DNA from: a virus | Taxonomy: Duplodnaviria; Caudoviricetes | IMG/VR virus record: IMGVR_UViG_3300032247_000485 | Location: 1 to 49,864 of that record | DNA: 49,864 nt | Reading direction: 5' to 3' (one strand) | Program-made: the position numbers and the translations under genes | Notes under the pieces: generated by a model | Seen by the model: the letters and a program-made list of their open reading frames with translations, nothing else | Told to the model about the DNA's origin: nothing | Database searches by the model: none | Part shown: one piece after another, positions 18,591 through 30,700 of the stretch | How positions within the stretch are numbered: position 1 is the stretch's first letter | Layout of the letters: every line of letters begins with the position of its first letter

Positions 18591-20057
18591 TTAAGTGTAT
18601 TGAAACCAGAAATCTCCATCGGCCCCGGTGTTGTTATCTGGGGTTAGACTTGACACATAACAGGTTGGTTGGTACTTGGTACTGTTTAATACAAAATTCT
18701 TAATACCACGATCCACGAATGCTGTTGTTGCAACTTTGGTAGTATTATCACCGGACGATTGAGTGATAGTAGTCATTCCGCTACTCAATGCTGTCATAAC
18801 TGTTGTGCCCGATACTACTAAAGATACATTGGCACTATTTACTTTTACGTAACTTGTTCCATTGTATATCATAGTAGGATCAAGATTACTGATTGCAGAC
18901 GCCACAAATGCAGCAGTGGCAACGTTAGAAGTTGTATCTCCCACTGACGGAGTAGGTGCCTTGGGCGTTCCTGTAAACGTTGGACTAGCCAGCGGGGCTT
19001 TTAACGAATTCAAACTTGAAATTGCAGCATTTGCTGCGGTTAAGTTTGCTTGTACTACGGTAATCGTGTTGGTTAATGCGGCCACGTTCGTTGTAATAAA
19101 ATCTACTACATTGTCGTGTAGAGTTGCCACTGAGATATCTGAGTATTGTTTAGTCACCAATCCAAGATTGTCAATTGGATCATACGCTGTTAATACTCGG
19201 CCATCCGAACCGCGCATGGTTAACGCAGATTTAGTTACACCAGCTGAGTTAGATTGAAGAATGATATCGCCGTTGTTTGCGATATTTTTAACTAGGGCTT
19301 GTCCGAGACCATTAATTCTAATGTTAAGTTCGTTATTTTGACCAATGTCAACTTGATTTTGTATACTTAATCTGCCTGTACCAATTGCATCTACATCACT
19401 ACGTAAAAACTGACTTGCTGTCAAATTGCCCAATGTGTCTGAATTGGTTGCAGTGCCGTACAATTTAATTGCATCAACTGCACTGGTAAAACTGATTCCG
19501 GGTCGGACCGTGGTAAACCCACTGATTGTAACGTTTGGAGTAAATGCCGCATCTCTGTTAATAATTGCAGTTACGTTACCGTTATGATATACTTTAACGA
19601 TGGTGTGTTTGTTAAGTCCGGTATCATATACATTCTCGACAATGGCCCCACTGACTCCGTCTAATACACTATATGCCGGGCCAACTGTTAACCAGGCAGT
19701 TCCGTTATAGACTTTATATTGTTGATTGGTTGCATCATACCACTGGTCGCCAACATAACTACTACTAGGGGCAGAGTTAGCACTAGTAAACCCAGTGACA
19801 GGACGCCATTGTGTAGCATCAAACACCTGCATAGTTTTCTTATCACTATTCCACCATAATTGACCACCAAGCGGTTGAGGTGGATCAATAGTACTTGAAA
19901 AGTTCTCCATGATGTGTACAAAGTTTTCATTTTGTAATTCACCATAGTTGGTAACTTGCTTACCAATTAAGATAATGCTGGTTGCGGTATTGTCTGTTTG
20001 CCCGTCTAAGACTGTTGCAATCAGTGTACCGTCTGTTTTATTAACTAGATATGACAT
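18591..20057 (-). CDS. Tail fibre/baseplate-associated protein
   Basis: N-terminus is paralogous to 14149-15690. Carries the fibre motifs KAPLASPTFTGTPKAPT, ATAAFV/ATTAFV and a C-terminal GADGDFWFQY. Confidence 0.75.
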   Translation of the reverse strand: MSYLVNKTDGTLIATVLDGQTDNTATSIILIGKQVTNYGELQNENFVHIMENFSSTIDPPQPLGGQLWWNSDKKTMQVFDATQWRPVTGFTSANSAPSSSYVGDQWYDATNQQYKVYNGTAWLTVGPAYSVLDGVSGAIVENVYDTGLNKHTIVKVYHNGNVTAIINRDAAFTPNVTISGFTTVRPGISFTSAVDAIKLYGTATNSDTLGNLTASQFLRSDVDAIGTGRLSIQNQVDIGQNNELNIRINGLGQALVKNIANNGDIILQSNSAGVTKSALTMRGSDGRVLTAYDPIDNLGLVTKQYSDISVATLHDNVVDFITTNVAALTNTITVVQANLTAANAAISSLNSLKAPLASPTFTGTPKAPTPSVGDTTSNVATAAFVASAISNLDPTMIYNGTSYVKVNSANVSLVVSGTTVMTALSSGMTTITQSSGDNTTKVATTAFVDRGIKNFVLNSTKYQPTCYVSSLTPDNNTGADGDFWFQYT

Positions 20058-20063
20058 TGTTTA

Positions 20064-20717
20064 TTATCCGATCGCACTTAAGTTAGTTAAGGCTTGAATA
20101 CGCACAGTGTAATCGATTTGAATTTTACGGTTTAGGGCCTTTTGTACAGGGTGGAATACCACATGCGTAATCATTTTACCTGCTGTACTAAACAATCCCA
20201 ATTCATCAAATACGTAGGACTGATTTAAATTTTGACTATTATCAAATGCCGCTTGATCAGCTGGTTCACCATAATCAATCAAACAAGTTACAACAATGTC
20301 CGAGAATACTTGTCCGGGAATATGTCGTATTTCCATTTTGTTATTTGATGGATCCAAGTTGCTGGCACTGGTATCATCAACAATCTTAGAGAATGTTTGA
20401 TTATATAATGTGGCATTTTGACTATTGGTGTTGGCCGGAAGATAGTTAATCACCCCAGTTGGATCAACGCTGGTACCACCGTTACCAAAACGCATGGTTT
20501 CGATAAAGTTTCCTGTTTTGTCTGCTAGACAGTAGGCCAGTGCTTCACTGATGTTCTCATAGTGAATTGCATTAGGCTTGTCAATGAACACTTCCCCGGT
20601 TTCAGGATCGTGAATTTTGATGTGCCCGCGGATGTGCATTCCGCTCTGTTCGTCTGGTTTCTGCTGTTCCATAGGTTGATTTTCCATTATTTCTTCTGTA
20701 TTCTCAGATGTATTCAT
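20064..20717 (-). CDS. Putative baseplate/tail-collar structural protein
   Basis: GHIKIHD...NAIHYEN...FDELGL...HVVFHPVQK. Start is uncertain: ATG 20717, or 20687 if the late box at 20719 is used. Confidence 0.65.
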   Translation of the reverse strand: MNTSENTEEIMENQPMEQQKPDEQSGMHIRGHIKIHDPETGEVFIDKPNAIHYENISEALAYCLADKTGNFIETMRFGNGGTSVDPTGVINYLPANTNSQNATLYNQTFSKIVDDTSASNLDPSNNKMEIRHIPGQVFSDIVVTCLIDYGEPADQAAFDNSQNLNQSYVFDELGLFSTAGKMITHVVFHPVQKALNRKIQIDYTVRIQALTNLSAIG

Positions 20718-20718
20718 A

Positions 20719-20725
20719 TATTTAT
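20719..20725 (-). promoter_or_regulatory. Late promoter box ATAAATA
   Basis: Lies in the gap after the stop at 20729; 31 nt from ATG 20687 and 1 nt from ATG 20717. Confidence 0.55.
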
Positions 20726-20728
20726 TGC

Positions 20729-21679
20729 CTAACTTAAGGTGATATTTGCCCACTTAGTACCGTTATGTACCTGGATATTACCAGTGGTGTAGTTATACAC
20801 TGTCATTCCCGGTGATGTTGGACTTATTGTGTTTATTTGTGATGTTGTTAAGTTTGCAAATTGTAGTACACTTGATAATGTTAGGTTAACCGCAGAAACA
20901 ATATTAGAGGTAATGGTATTTGCAGTGATACCGCCTAAACCATAGTTTGGCAAGAATCTATACATAAATGGCCCCACCTGCGTATTACCAAATACTCCAG
21001 GATTTGAGTTAACCGATATGTAAGCTGCTACGTTAGTATTACCATAATTACTGGTACTGAATGTGGAGTTGGCATAGGTTTGGAATGAACCCAGATTAGC
21101 ATTAATTGTATTAATACCGGTTGCCTGAGTTGCGGCATTGGCATTGGCATAAGTTTGATATGCTCCAACATTTGCGCCAATATAAGATTGCACTTGAGTA
21201 TTACCGTAACTGCTATCACTAAAATGCAAGTTAGCATATGTATAAAATGATCCAATATTAGACTGTAACGATGAAATTGCAGTATCTTGAGCTGTTGCAT
21301 TTGATTGCCAAGAAGTAGTAACTGCGTCTACATACCCCTTCATTGCGGTATTGGCTGTTACTATTGCAGCATTTGCGGCTGTTATATTGGCACGTATCCC
21401 GGAGATTGCAGTATCTTGAGCTGTTGCATTTGATTGCCATGCGGTAGTAACTGCGTCCACATACCCCTTCATTGCGGTATTGGCTGTTGATATTGATGCG
21501 GTGGCTGCGGCTATTGCGCTATTGGCGGCCGTTACATTGGCATTCACGCTAGAAGTCATATAGACTTTAAGGTTTGCAGCCGTAATATGTTTTGTTACAT
21601 TTGACGTTTCTAACGGGATCGAACTTCCGTCCGATAAGGTAGGCGTTTCTGGCAACGTTGAAATGGTTATTGTACTCAT
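20729..21679 (-). CDS. Coiled-coil fibre-like protein with internal repeats
   Basis: N-terminal ITISTLP motif. Repeated ANTAMKGYVDAVTT.WQSNATAQD, FQTYAN-like and YGNT.V units. Confidence 0.7.
   Translation of the reverse strand: MSTITISTLPETPTLSDGSSIPLETSNVTKHITAANLKVYMTSSVNANVTAANSAIAAATASISTANTAMKGYVDAVTTAWQSNATAQDTAISGIRANITAANAAIVTANTAMKGYVDAVTTSWQSNATAQDTAISSLQSNIGSFYTYANLHFSDSSYGNTQVQSYIGANVGAYQTYANANAATQATGINTINANLGSFQTYANSTFSTSNYGNTNVAAYISVNSNPGVFGNTQVGPFMYRFLPNYGLGGITANTITSNIVSAVNLTLSSVLQFANLTTSQINTISPTSPGMTVYNYTTGNIQVHNGTKWANITLS
21276..21488. repeat. In-frame direct repeat: 84-nt copies at 21276-21359 and 21405-21488 (period 129 nt = 43 codons)
   Basis: Manual alignment gives 4 mismatches in 84 nt. 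Confidence 0.92.
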
Positions 21680-21696
21680 TATGTTTCTCTTTTATC

Positions 21697-21703
21697 TATT
21701 TAT
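21697..21703 (-). promoter_or_regulatory. Late promoter box ATAAATA
   Basis: Intergenic, 17 nt upstream of ATG 21679. Confidence 0.65.
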
Positions 21704-21712
21704 TGGCATTTA

Positions 21713-24700
21713 TCACGTCCACAAAGGGTTACCGTAGTTATCAACAATAATGTTTCCGTTATCGTCTACAAATATGCTCTGTACCACTGCTTCTTGTGCA
21801 TAACTTGGGCTGGCTTTTAAGAACAACACTTCAGAAGTTGTTGACCCTTCAAATCCGGTGCCGTCGGCCACGTTTGCGGTCATGTTTAACCAAGTGTTAG
21901 TATGCACATTTCCAACAATCTCTTGTTGAATACTGCTATCAACTACTAAACTGTTAACTGCATGTAGGCCAGGCGAGCCGGTTCCGTCTACACCTCGACG
22001 CAATTGCCCAATCACATTATTGGTTGTGTCTCTTGTATAGTATGTAATTTTTTCACCATTAATAAACACCACACCCGGAATACCCATCGCTGGATTTGGT
22101 GCTGGCAATATTGACGCATCTGTAACTTGAACATTACTATCAGTCAAGTTTAAGTTGGCACTCAAAGTTGTTGTATACGCATTGGCAATACGAGTATAAG
22201 TCACATTACCATTCATGTTATAGAATGCTCTGTACCCAAGAACCACAGTATTACCAGTGATCTTAGTAAACACTTTCATATCAAGTGCATCATACATGCG
22301 TCCCGGAACCAATTCTTCGGGTGCATGGCTACTGAATCGATCTACGTATGCTCCACCATCAATATTAATATCTTCCGGACGAGTGCCAATAGACGTGTCC
22401 AAATATGTACTACTGATAGTAGAATCCATAAATGTTGCTTGAGTATTTGCAAAGTCCATGCCTTGCAATTTAACTCCCGGATATTCAACTCCGCCAACTA
22501 GTGTGGCTAGTTCACGTCCCGGCATACCAACTCCGGGACTGTACATTCCCATAACACGCTCATTGGCTTTAACTAAAGTATTACCAGGAGTTACCAATTG
22601 ATAAAAGCTAGAATCAAATGTTGTTTCGGTTGTTACTGCGGCTGCAAAAGGATAATACAATTTGCTATCATATGAGACTAAGTCGCCATCATGCAACCAA
22701 ATATTTCCGGTTCCGTGGCCCACAGAGATATTTGCGGTGTACGCGGTATTGGCTGTCCAATCAACTACATTTGCACGGAATCCAACTCGGTCAAATTTTA
22801 TTTCAGTATCAAAGGTTCTAACCGTATTATAACTATCTGCGGGACTTGGGCTATAGAATACATTGTGCAATGTAGATACTAATGCGGCCCCAGTCCCGTT
22901 ACCATTGACAGTAATAGTTGGTGTAGAGGTATATCCACGTCCGGGGTTAACTACTGTTACGCCAGAAATATTCCCGTACAATGTGTTAATTTCAGCATAT
23001 GCTATTGCACCCGAGCCGCCACCACCAGTGATTGTAACATTTGGCGCCAGAGTAAATCCTGTACCACCATTAGATACGTTAATTGATGCCACAGAATATT
23101 TGTGGTTATTGTACCAATCAATATATCTTGCACTCTTTAAAAATATCGGATCGGTTACGCTTGATCCGTCGGGACTGCGATATGTTCTGCTAGTTGAATC
23201 ATAATGTGATGGCAAATCAAAGTCTGTTGCACCAGTATGTAAATAATCAATTCCGTTATATGCTGGAACATATTCACGAATTTGAGTTCTATATGGTTTT
23301 ACTTCGTTAATATAATTTTCGTAGAATGTTTGATTATCTTTGACATAACTTGGATACTGAATTAATTCACGAATCTTATGCATTACTTTAATGAAACTAG
23401 TTTTAAATATCCAATCGGTTGACTTCTGCTCGCTAAAGATATAGTTAACTAGACTAAAGAACAAACTATTAAACTCAATTGCCAAATCATCAATGAATAT
23501 ATCGCTATGTATAGCATCAAATATATGTCGAACTTCTTCGTTAGGAGTCTGGTCAAATCTTATAGTATCAAAGTTATCATTGTCGTAGGCCATCTTGCCA
23601 GCAGCTAAGTCGTAGAGGGTACTACTCAATTGAATAGTGCCATTCTGAATTCCAACTTGGTCCACCCCCGAATTACTTGCAACTCTATAATATACAAACG
23701 AACCTTCACCGTTGTCCCGCAATTTAATGGTGTCGCCGGGCACCAGGTTCAGTTTTTCAATATCTTGATATAGATCAATTGTATATGTAGGGGTCAATGT
23801 ATAATCAAAATCACTTGCGTACCAGTCTATTGTGGTCCAGTAGATATCTGTTTTGTAACTTTGAATTTGTACTAGTAACCATGTTTGGGTAGATGCTACC
23901 CACGAATAGATTGCCCACAATCCGTCATTGTCTGTATCATTTAATACTAGAATCTTATAACCATTGGGCATACTAGTTGTATCAACATAGGCCAATTCGG
24001 CTTTTGTGTCGACACTAATCGTCCATGCACCAGTTCCTGATGTTGGGTATGCAGACCCAGCTCTAAGTTTAGTCAAATCTCTAGTGTAGACCACTGGGGA
24101 TTTTGCCAATACTGTATTAACATACTTAACAAAGTTTTCAAGGCCTGTCATTCGGTTAATAAAAACAGATTGCCGAGGACGAATACCAATACCAATTTGA
24201 CTAGATATGCCCAAACTAGGATCAGGCACCACCAGTCCCGCAGAATCAAGTCCCGCAAGACTATCTTGCAATTTGGTCACAATCCGTGCTGGCAAGGATC
24301 CTGTGCTAGAGTTTTCTGCAACTAAGTCATACTCACTGTGAATAATGTTCGACGCCTTTCTAGGACTATAATCAATGTGTAATATTGTATTAGTTCCAGT
24401 TAAGTAAGTTCCCACGTTGTATAAGTTTATTGCGTTAGTGGCAATGGCCGCAGCATACGGGATACCCTGATCCTTGGGAGAAGCCAACATCTGTTGTAAT
24501 GAATATACACTATTTGACCTATTTGTTCTATCTACATCAACTGTGGTTTTATCGCTCACCCAGTAATAATATCGGACATTAAACAATCCGGTAGACGAGT
24601 CAACTTGCGTATAACTTACATACGAACTGTTATCTTGATATTTGGGAATTCCGTTACCACCGTTGGCAACATATTGGCTCGGAATATACGGACTCTCAAC

Positions 24701-27700
24701 CCATTCGTATACTTTGAAAACACTTCCAGTAAATACTTGCCCCCAATGTTTGCTTCTGTATACCAGTGTATCTTGTTCGTAATCAATATATCGAACTTGG
24801 CTTATATCCCACCAAGTTTTCCCCACTTGTAGATCTGACCAGTGGAATGATGTATTAAATTTGTTTGTTGGACCAGTATCAATTCCGGTACCGTCATTAT
24901 AAATTGCCGGATCATATTCGGCAATAAAATCTAAATCTTGTTGAGCTTCCCCTAGTACTTTTCCTTTTACAGGATCAATGTAATCCATTTTAGCCAGAAT
25001 TGTATTGGTTGTTTTATTGTAGATATAAATCTTATCAATACTCTCTTGATCTACTCTTGGTTCTTTATATCTGATTAGATCCCAACCATGGGTTATTCCT
25101 GCACTTGCAAAAGTATATATGCTACCGCCCTGTGGAGTTATTTCGCTACCGTTTGATGCACCCACAGCAATGTAATCACCAATGATATCAATCGAAGATC
25201 CAAAATTATAATTTGAGCTAATGTGAGGCGCATTCAATTGTTGAACATATGCAAACAATGCAGGATTACTTACATTTTCATATGGATTTTCCATTAAGTC
25301 GTAAATGTATACCATTCCGGTATTGCCCACTTGGTCTGAGAATTGAGTACTGGCAACATCAAATGTCGTTGAATCCGAATCTAGAGTAGTTTGATTTATA
25401 ATAGATCCACCAACACTAGAAATAGCAAGTGACGTACCGGTGTCGTTTGATGCGATTACTGCGCCAAACACTTCGGTGTTATTTCCTGGGTGTAAGATTT
25501 TCTGAGTTTCTGCAAATACCAACAATCCAAGATCAGTCAGTGCAGTACCGGTGCCCGGCAGGATGTCTAATTTATAATTAGGAACATTTCTAGTAGATGT
25601 AATTTGTAGATATCCGTTATTATTTACAGCCGATATGCCCGCAACACCGGACCCATTGATTTTATTAACCACGTGGGCAAGAGTTGATTCAGTGAAAGTT
25701 ATCTCTACTCGGTTAATCCTAATACTATGACCAACTGTTACAGTCGGTTCGTAAATGTTGCTGGTTATGACACCATACTTACGACCCTGATTCGTAAATC
25801 TGTATACTGCGCCACTATTATAATTATTTGTTGTGTATTGTGTGGCACCGACTAATACATCTCCAGTAGGAGAAAGATCAATGCTACGACCCATTTGTTG
25901 TCGATCACCGGGAGTGTTATTGGTTAGTACCTGTATTAAATTAAAGGTATTAATTTCAACGTTAACTTCAATATCAATTTGTGTGCCTGCCAACGGAGGG
26001 GTAATAAATTGAATGTTATTGCCAATTAGATTATAATCAACACCCTGAACTTTGATCATTCCGTCAATTGTGACTCTAAAAATATCTCCAATTGGCCGAG
26101 ATGGGATGAAAGTATTATTATTTCCTGTGGAGATAAATCCCTCAATCATTCTGTCGTACACATAGGCCTTGCCAGCTTGTACCGCATTGCCCACTGCCTC
26201 ATCATAAGAACCCACAACAATTTGATCACCGTTCGCATTAGTCTTAATACTTGCACCAAATCCCACTGCCTGCGTCCATGTATCCAATAACTTATAATGT
26301 GTGTGGTATGTTACTAGAATAGATCCAGCTGCTGGTGGTGTTGCGACTCCACTACTGTTAATAAATCGTAACTTATATGTTCCACTTGAATTGTATATGA
26401 TGTAGTCAATGTTTGGAATATACGGAACCGCCCCAGTTACTAGTATATCACTTGCATCTGTTACAGTTTGATCGGTTAACGTAAAATCGTTATTAGCGCC
26501 ACTTGCTGATACTGTCTGAATACTTGAAGTAATAACTTGTCTACCATATGCATATACTTTACCTGCTCCCGGGGCACCAATGTATAACCAATTACCATCA
26601 CTGTTTACACTTGCACTTGCTCCAAATAAATCGTTGGCAAGGCCGCCGGGTACCGTAATAACCTGGCTTAAGTTAACACCAGATGAATCAATTGAGTAAA
26701 CAAACACATACCCTTTACTACCTTGACTTGTCGGAGCAGATACAATAACAGAGACATCACTTGCATCAATTAATGTACCGAACCCCAATGTACCGGTACT
26801 GCCGTTTACAAAGTTGCTATTTTCTAACCAAGATCCGTCTGATGTTTTTAAGAACAACGCCACACGACCTGTTCCACCATTTGGGGCTCCGGTAAACATA
26901 ATCTTACCGTTAGATGATAATTTTAGACTTTGACCAAAATTATCAAAGCCTTGATATTCACTGGCATTCAATGAAACTGTATTTGAATATGCCCATGGAC
27001 TAGTCTTGGAATAAACACCCCAATTACCGGCTCCATCTAAATCGTCTACCCAAACTTTATCATTCTCTCCCCATCCATACATGGGCGTAACAGAGTCAAC
27101 ATCACTTGGTGTGTTAATTCTAGCTGTACTTAGTTTGAATAAAATGCCGTTTCCAGACACAGTCTTTAGCTGGCTTAATAGAGCATAATTTTGACGTAAT
27201 CCTACTGTGATTTGATTGCTATCAGGTATAGTATATACTTGGTAGAATCCGTTAAATCTATTATCAAAGTTTTTAACAGCAACAATATCACCAATGGATA
27301 GATTATGTCCGTTGGACATGGTTAATGTTGCAATATTATCTATACTGTAGCTCATGGAAGTTACTAGACAATTAGTTGGACCGACCCGATAAACGTCCCA
27401 TTCACTTCCGTGTATAAATCCTTTTGCTGCCCATATGGTGTATCCTGTGCCAATACTGTTGATAATATTTCCAAGGTCTGAATAATTTGCAATATCAAAT
27501 ATAGTATCATCAACATCACTTATATTAACGTAACCTGCCACCGGCAACTTTAAATGGTCACTTGAGCTAGTATAAACATCAAACATTTCTGATGTATTGT
27601 TCAATGTGGCTTGGTACCAATCCGTTGGATGAATTGTGGTAATATTCTCAACTGGTGCAACACCATTGTCAATGAACTGTATTGGTGCTGGGTTATTGGT

Positions 27701-30700
27701 TATAACTGCTTCATCAAGAACAACCTCAACATATCGATTGACATCAGTTGCCCCGTATTCACCAACACGTAGTGCCCACTCTTCATATATGTGTACTTCG
27801 TTACTAATATTGGCCAATTGTGCCTGTGCTAACGCAAGAATTGCACTCTTGGTACCTTTTTGTTTAATGTATCCTTGATAAAACTTTGATTGTGTGTCAA
27901 TGTCTAGTGCCAGATCTGTTAAATAACTTCTTTCTCTGAAACCAACCATACCATTACTATAGAAACTAATAGTCTCATCTGCTGGTTGATTATCAATATC
28001 ATATATGTTGGCGAACTTAGATGCATTGGTTGCAAAGTTGGGCAACAAGCCAGTCTTGATACTGCTTTGGTTAACTTGTTTCCAGTACTTGACATTAAAT
28101 AAATCATTTGCAACAATTTTATCTAATGCCACGTAATATGTATTCTTATAAGCAACCAGATCTCCTTTTTTATAATCGTGTCCGGGTTGCCATGCATCAA
28201 CATTGTTGCTATTGTATATAAATCCCGGTGGATTCAATGCTCCGGTCCAGTTTGCAGTCTTACTGCCAATAAACTTCAGACGATACTGTCTGTTGCCGGT
28301 CTCAGGACTATATATAACATCATTGAAAGATGTTTTATTGCTGAATATAATAACATGCTCATATTGAACCAAATGTAATTCGGCAAAGGTGATGGTTTGC
28401 CCTTTTATACTAGAAACTTTAAATGTGTTATCTTGTCTAATTACAGAAAAATTATTTGACGTAATAACTGCAAAGTTTGGATCTAATAACTTTGATCCGG
28501 TTGGCAAGTTTGTAATTTCATCTACTACACTATCAGTAGTAACCACAGACAAGGATTGATTTACCGGACTTAAAATAATTACGTTTCCGGGCAACCAACC
28601 TTGCATTGTCCATGTCATGAATTCTTTTGCACTCAACACCCAGTCTTGCTTTTCTTTCAAGTCTGTATCAAAATCTGTAAAAATAAATCCCTGACTTTGT
28701 AATTGACGTTGATAGCTCACTAAGAAATCAACTACTTCTTGTACTGTACTAAATTCAAATCCATAAGGAACACGCACACGTACTTTCTGATAATCACGAT
28801 AAACCACAGTGGTAAGTTTACCTGTGGTGATACTGTATGCATTATTACTGGCCAGACTCGGAATAATAGTAAAGTACGGTGTTGATAGGCTATATCCACT
28901 TACTGTGTATCCGCCCTGAGTACGTTCTACAATAACCGCGCTGTACGAAATTTTTTCAATCGGAACACTTTTGTTTAACTCAATGCGATAATTTTCGTCG
29001 GGGATAATAATACTATCGTTTGTGCTGCTGGGACTACCTTGTTCTGCCAACACTTTAATATAACGTTTATCTGTGAAACCCGCAGTCCTATAACTCAATT
29101 GAACGTTCAGATCTTTAAGATATTGTTTAATTGTGCTCTGTGGGTCAGCATATCCTTGATTTTTTAAATAATCACTAATCCAGTTGATATAACCCGCGGT
29201 ACGATATACTACCCCATTTTCAGTATAGCCGTTGACTTCTATGTCAGTTGGCGTTAAATGTCGATTAACTCCATCAACTAAAAATTGGTTAACTGAATAG
29301 TTAAAGTTGTAGGTATTAATATTAGAAAATTCACTAAAGAAAAGCGCCGGCTTAACCAAAGACAAAGTGGTCATTAATGCAAAGGGGAACTCGCTACTAT
29401 TTCTCCATGCCGTTTCGGCAGGACCAAAATCACCAATAGCATAACTAGCATTGGCTCTGCTACTATCAAAGTCTCTTACTAGAAATTCGCTTGGGGGACG
29501 AATATTACCGGCGTCGTCAACCGGAATAATATTTAATAATCCAGGTCTTGCAAATTGAGAATAAATTCCAGGCGTTACACCACTACGATCGTTGCCAGCT
29601 ATATAACCTAAACTTAGATCTGTCCATAGTAACATGTTTCCGCCAGTATACGGTGCAGCTCCATAACGAGCATCCCAATAGTCTGGCTTGTTAATGAATC
29701 CTAGCATTTCCCACGGAGTGGTGTGCGGGGTCTGTGTGTCATAGAAATAGTCAAACACTGCATGCCATGTTCCTTGCAAGAAATCACCAGTTACTGTATC
29801 TCTAAAATATTTGTAATTCCATGTCCAAGGGTTGTTGCTTTGAAAATGTGAATTGGTTGAATAGTCTAAACGATTATTTCCGATCCATGTTAAGAATGTA
29901 GAACTTAATACCTGATTAAATTCATCTATGGTATAATCTGTGACGCGGAATTTACCTGGAAAATATTTGCTGATATCAACAATAGCAGGAGAAAGTTCTT
30001 GCTTGATATTATTATAGATTCTACGCTCAAACTCCAACAATAAGTCGTCACGATAATCACCAAATGCAGGGGTTACACTTCCGTCGTGTCCCTGTATTAC
30101 CATTATGGGGCCATTACTAGAGTATGTATCACTGATTACTATTTCTGGATAGTGTTTTGGCCACATTCCCATCTTGGTTGGAGTTTCTGGAACATAGTTT
30201 CCATCAGTGTCCTGATACTCAACCACAGTTAATATGTCGTCATAATTTAAATTAAAATCTGTATTGATAGTAAACCCAGGGTTGGTTTTATTAAATGTAT
30301 AATCACGATCTTTTACTAATAATGATTTGGTAGTGACAGTATCGACTGTGCGTGTTAAGTATATCAATACTGCTTTATTGCTCAGTACCGTATCATCAAA
30401 AATAGTACTAAGCTCGTACTCACGGATACGAGGATCTAGTACCGTATACTCGGGCAATACTGTTTTGTTACTTCCCCACGGCAACATATCACTATAATAC
30501 CAAGGAAATCCGGAATTTTTAACACCATTGATTATTGAAAGAATATTATCAAGACTCCCGGAGATATCATTGGTATCAATTGGGGATTTAGTCGAAAGCT
30601 CAAGTATTTTATTTTTAAATTTTGAATACTCTTTGGTTGCTAGGCGAATACCCTCAATGAAGTTTATCTTGTTGTCAACCAGGAACAAGTTACTATATAC

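Noticed and set aside
21276-21488. Repeat pair as a DGR template/variable repeat or a CRISPR array
   Set aside because: There are only two in-frame copies within one CDS and just four mismatches. No reverse transcriptase or cas gene is in the window, and there is no spacer structure.
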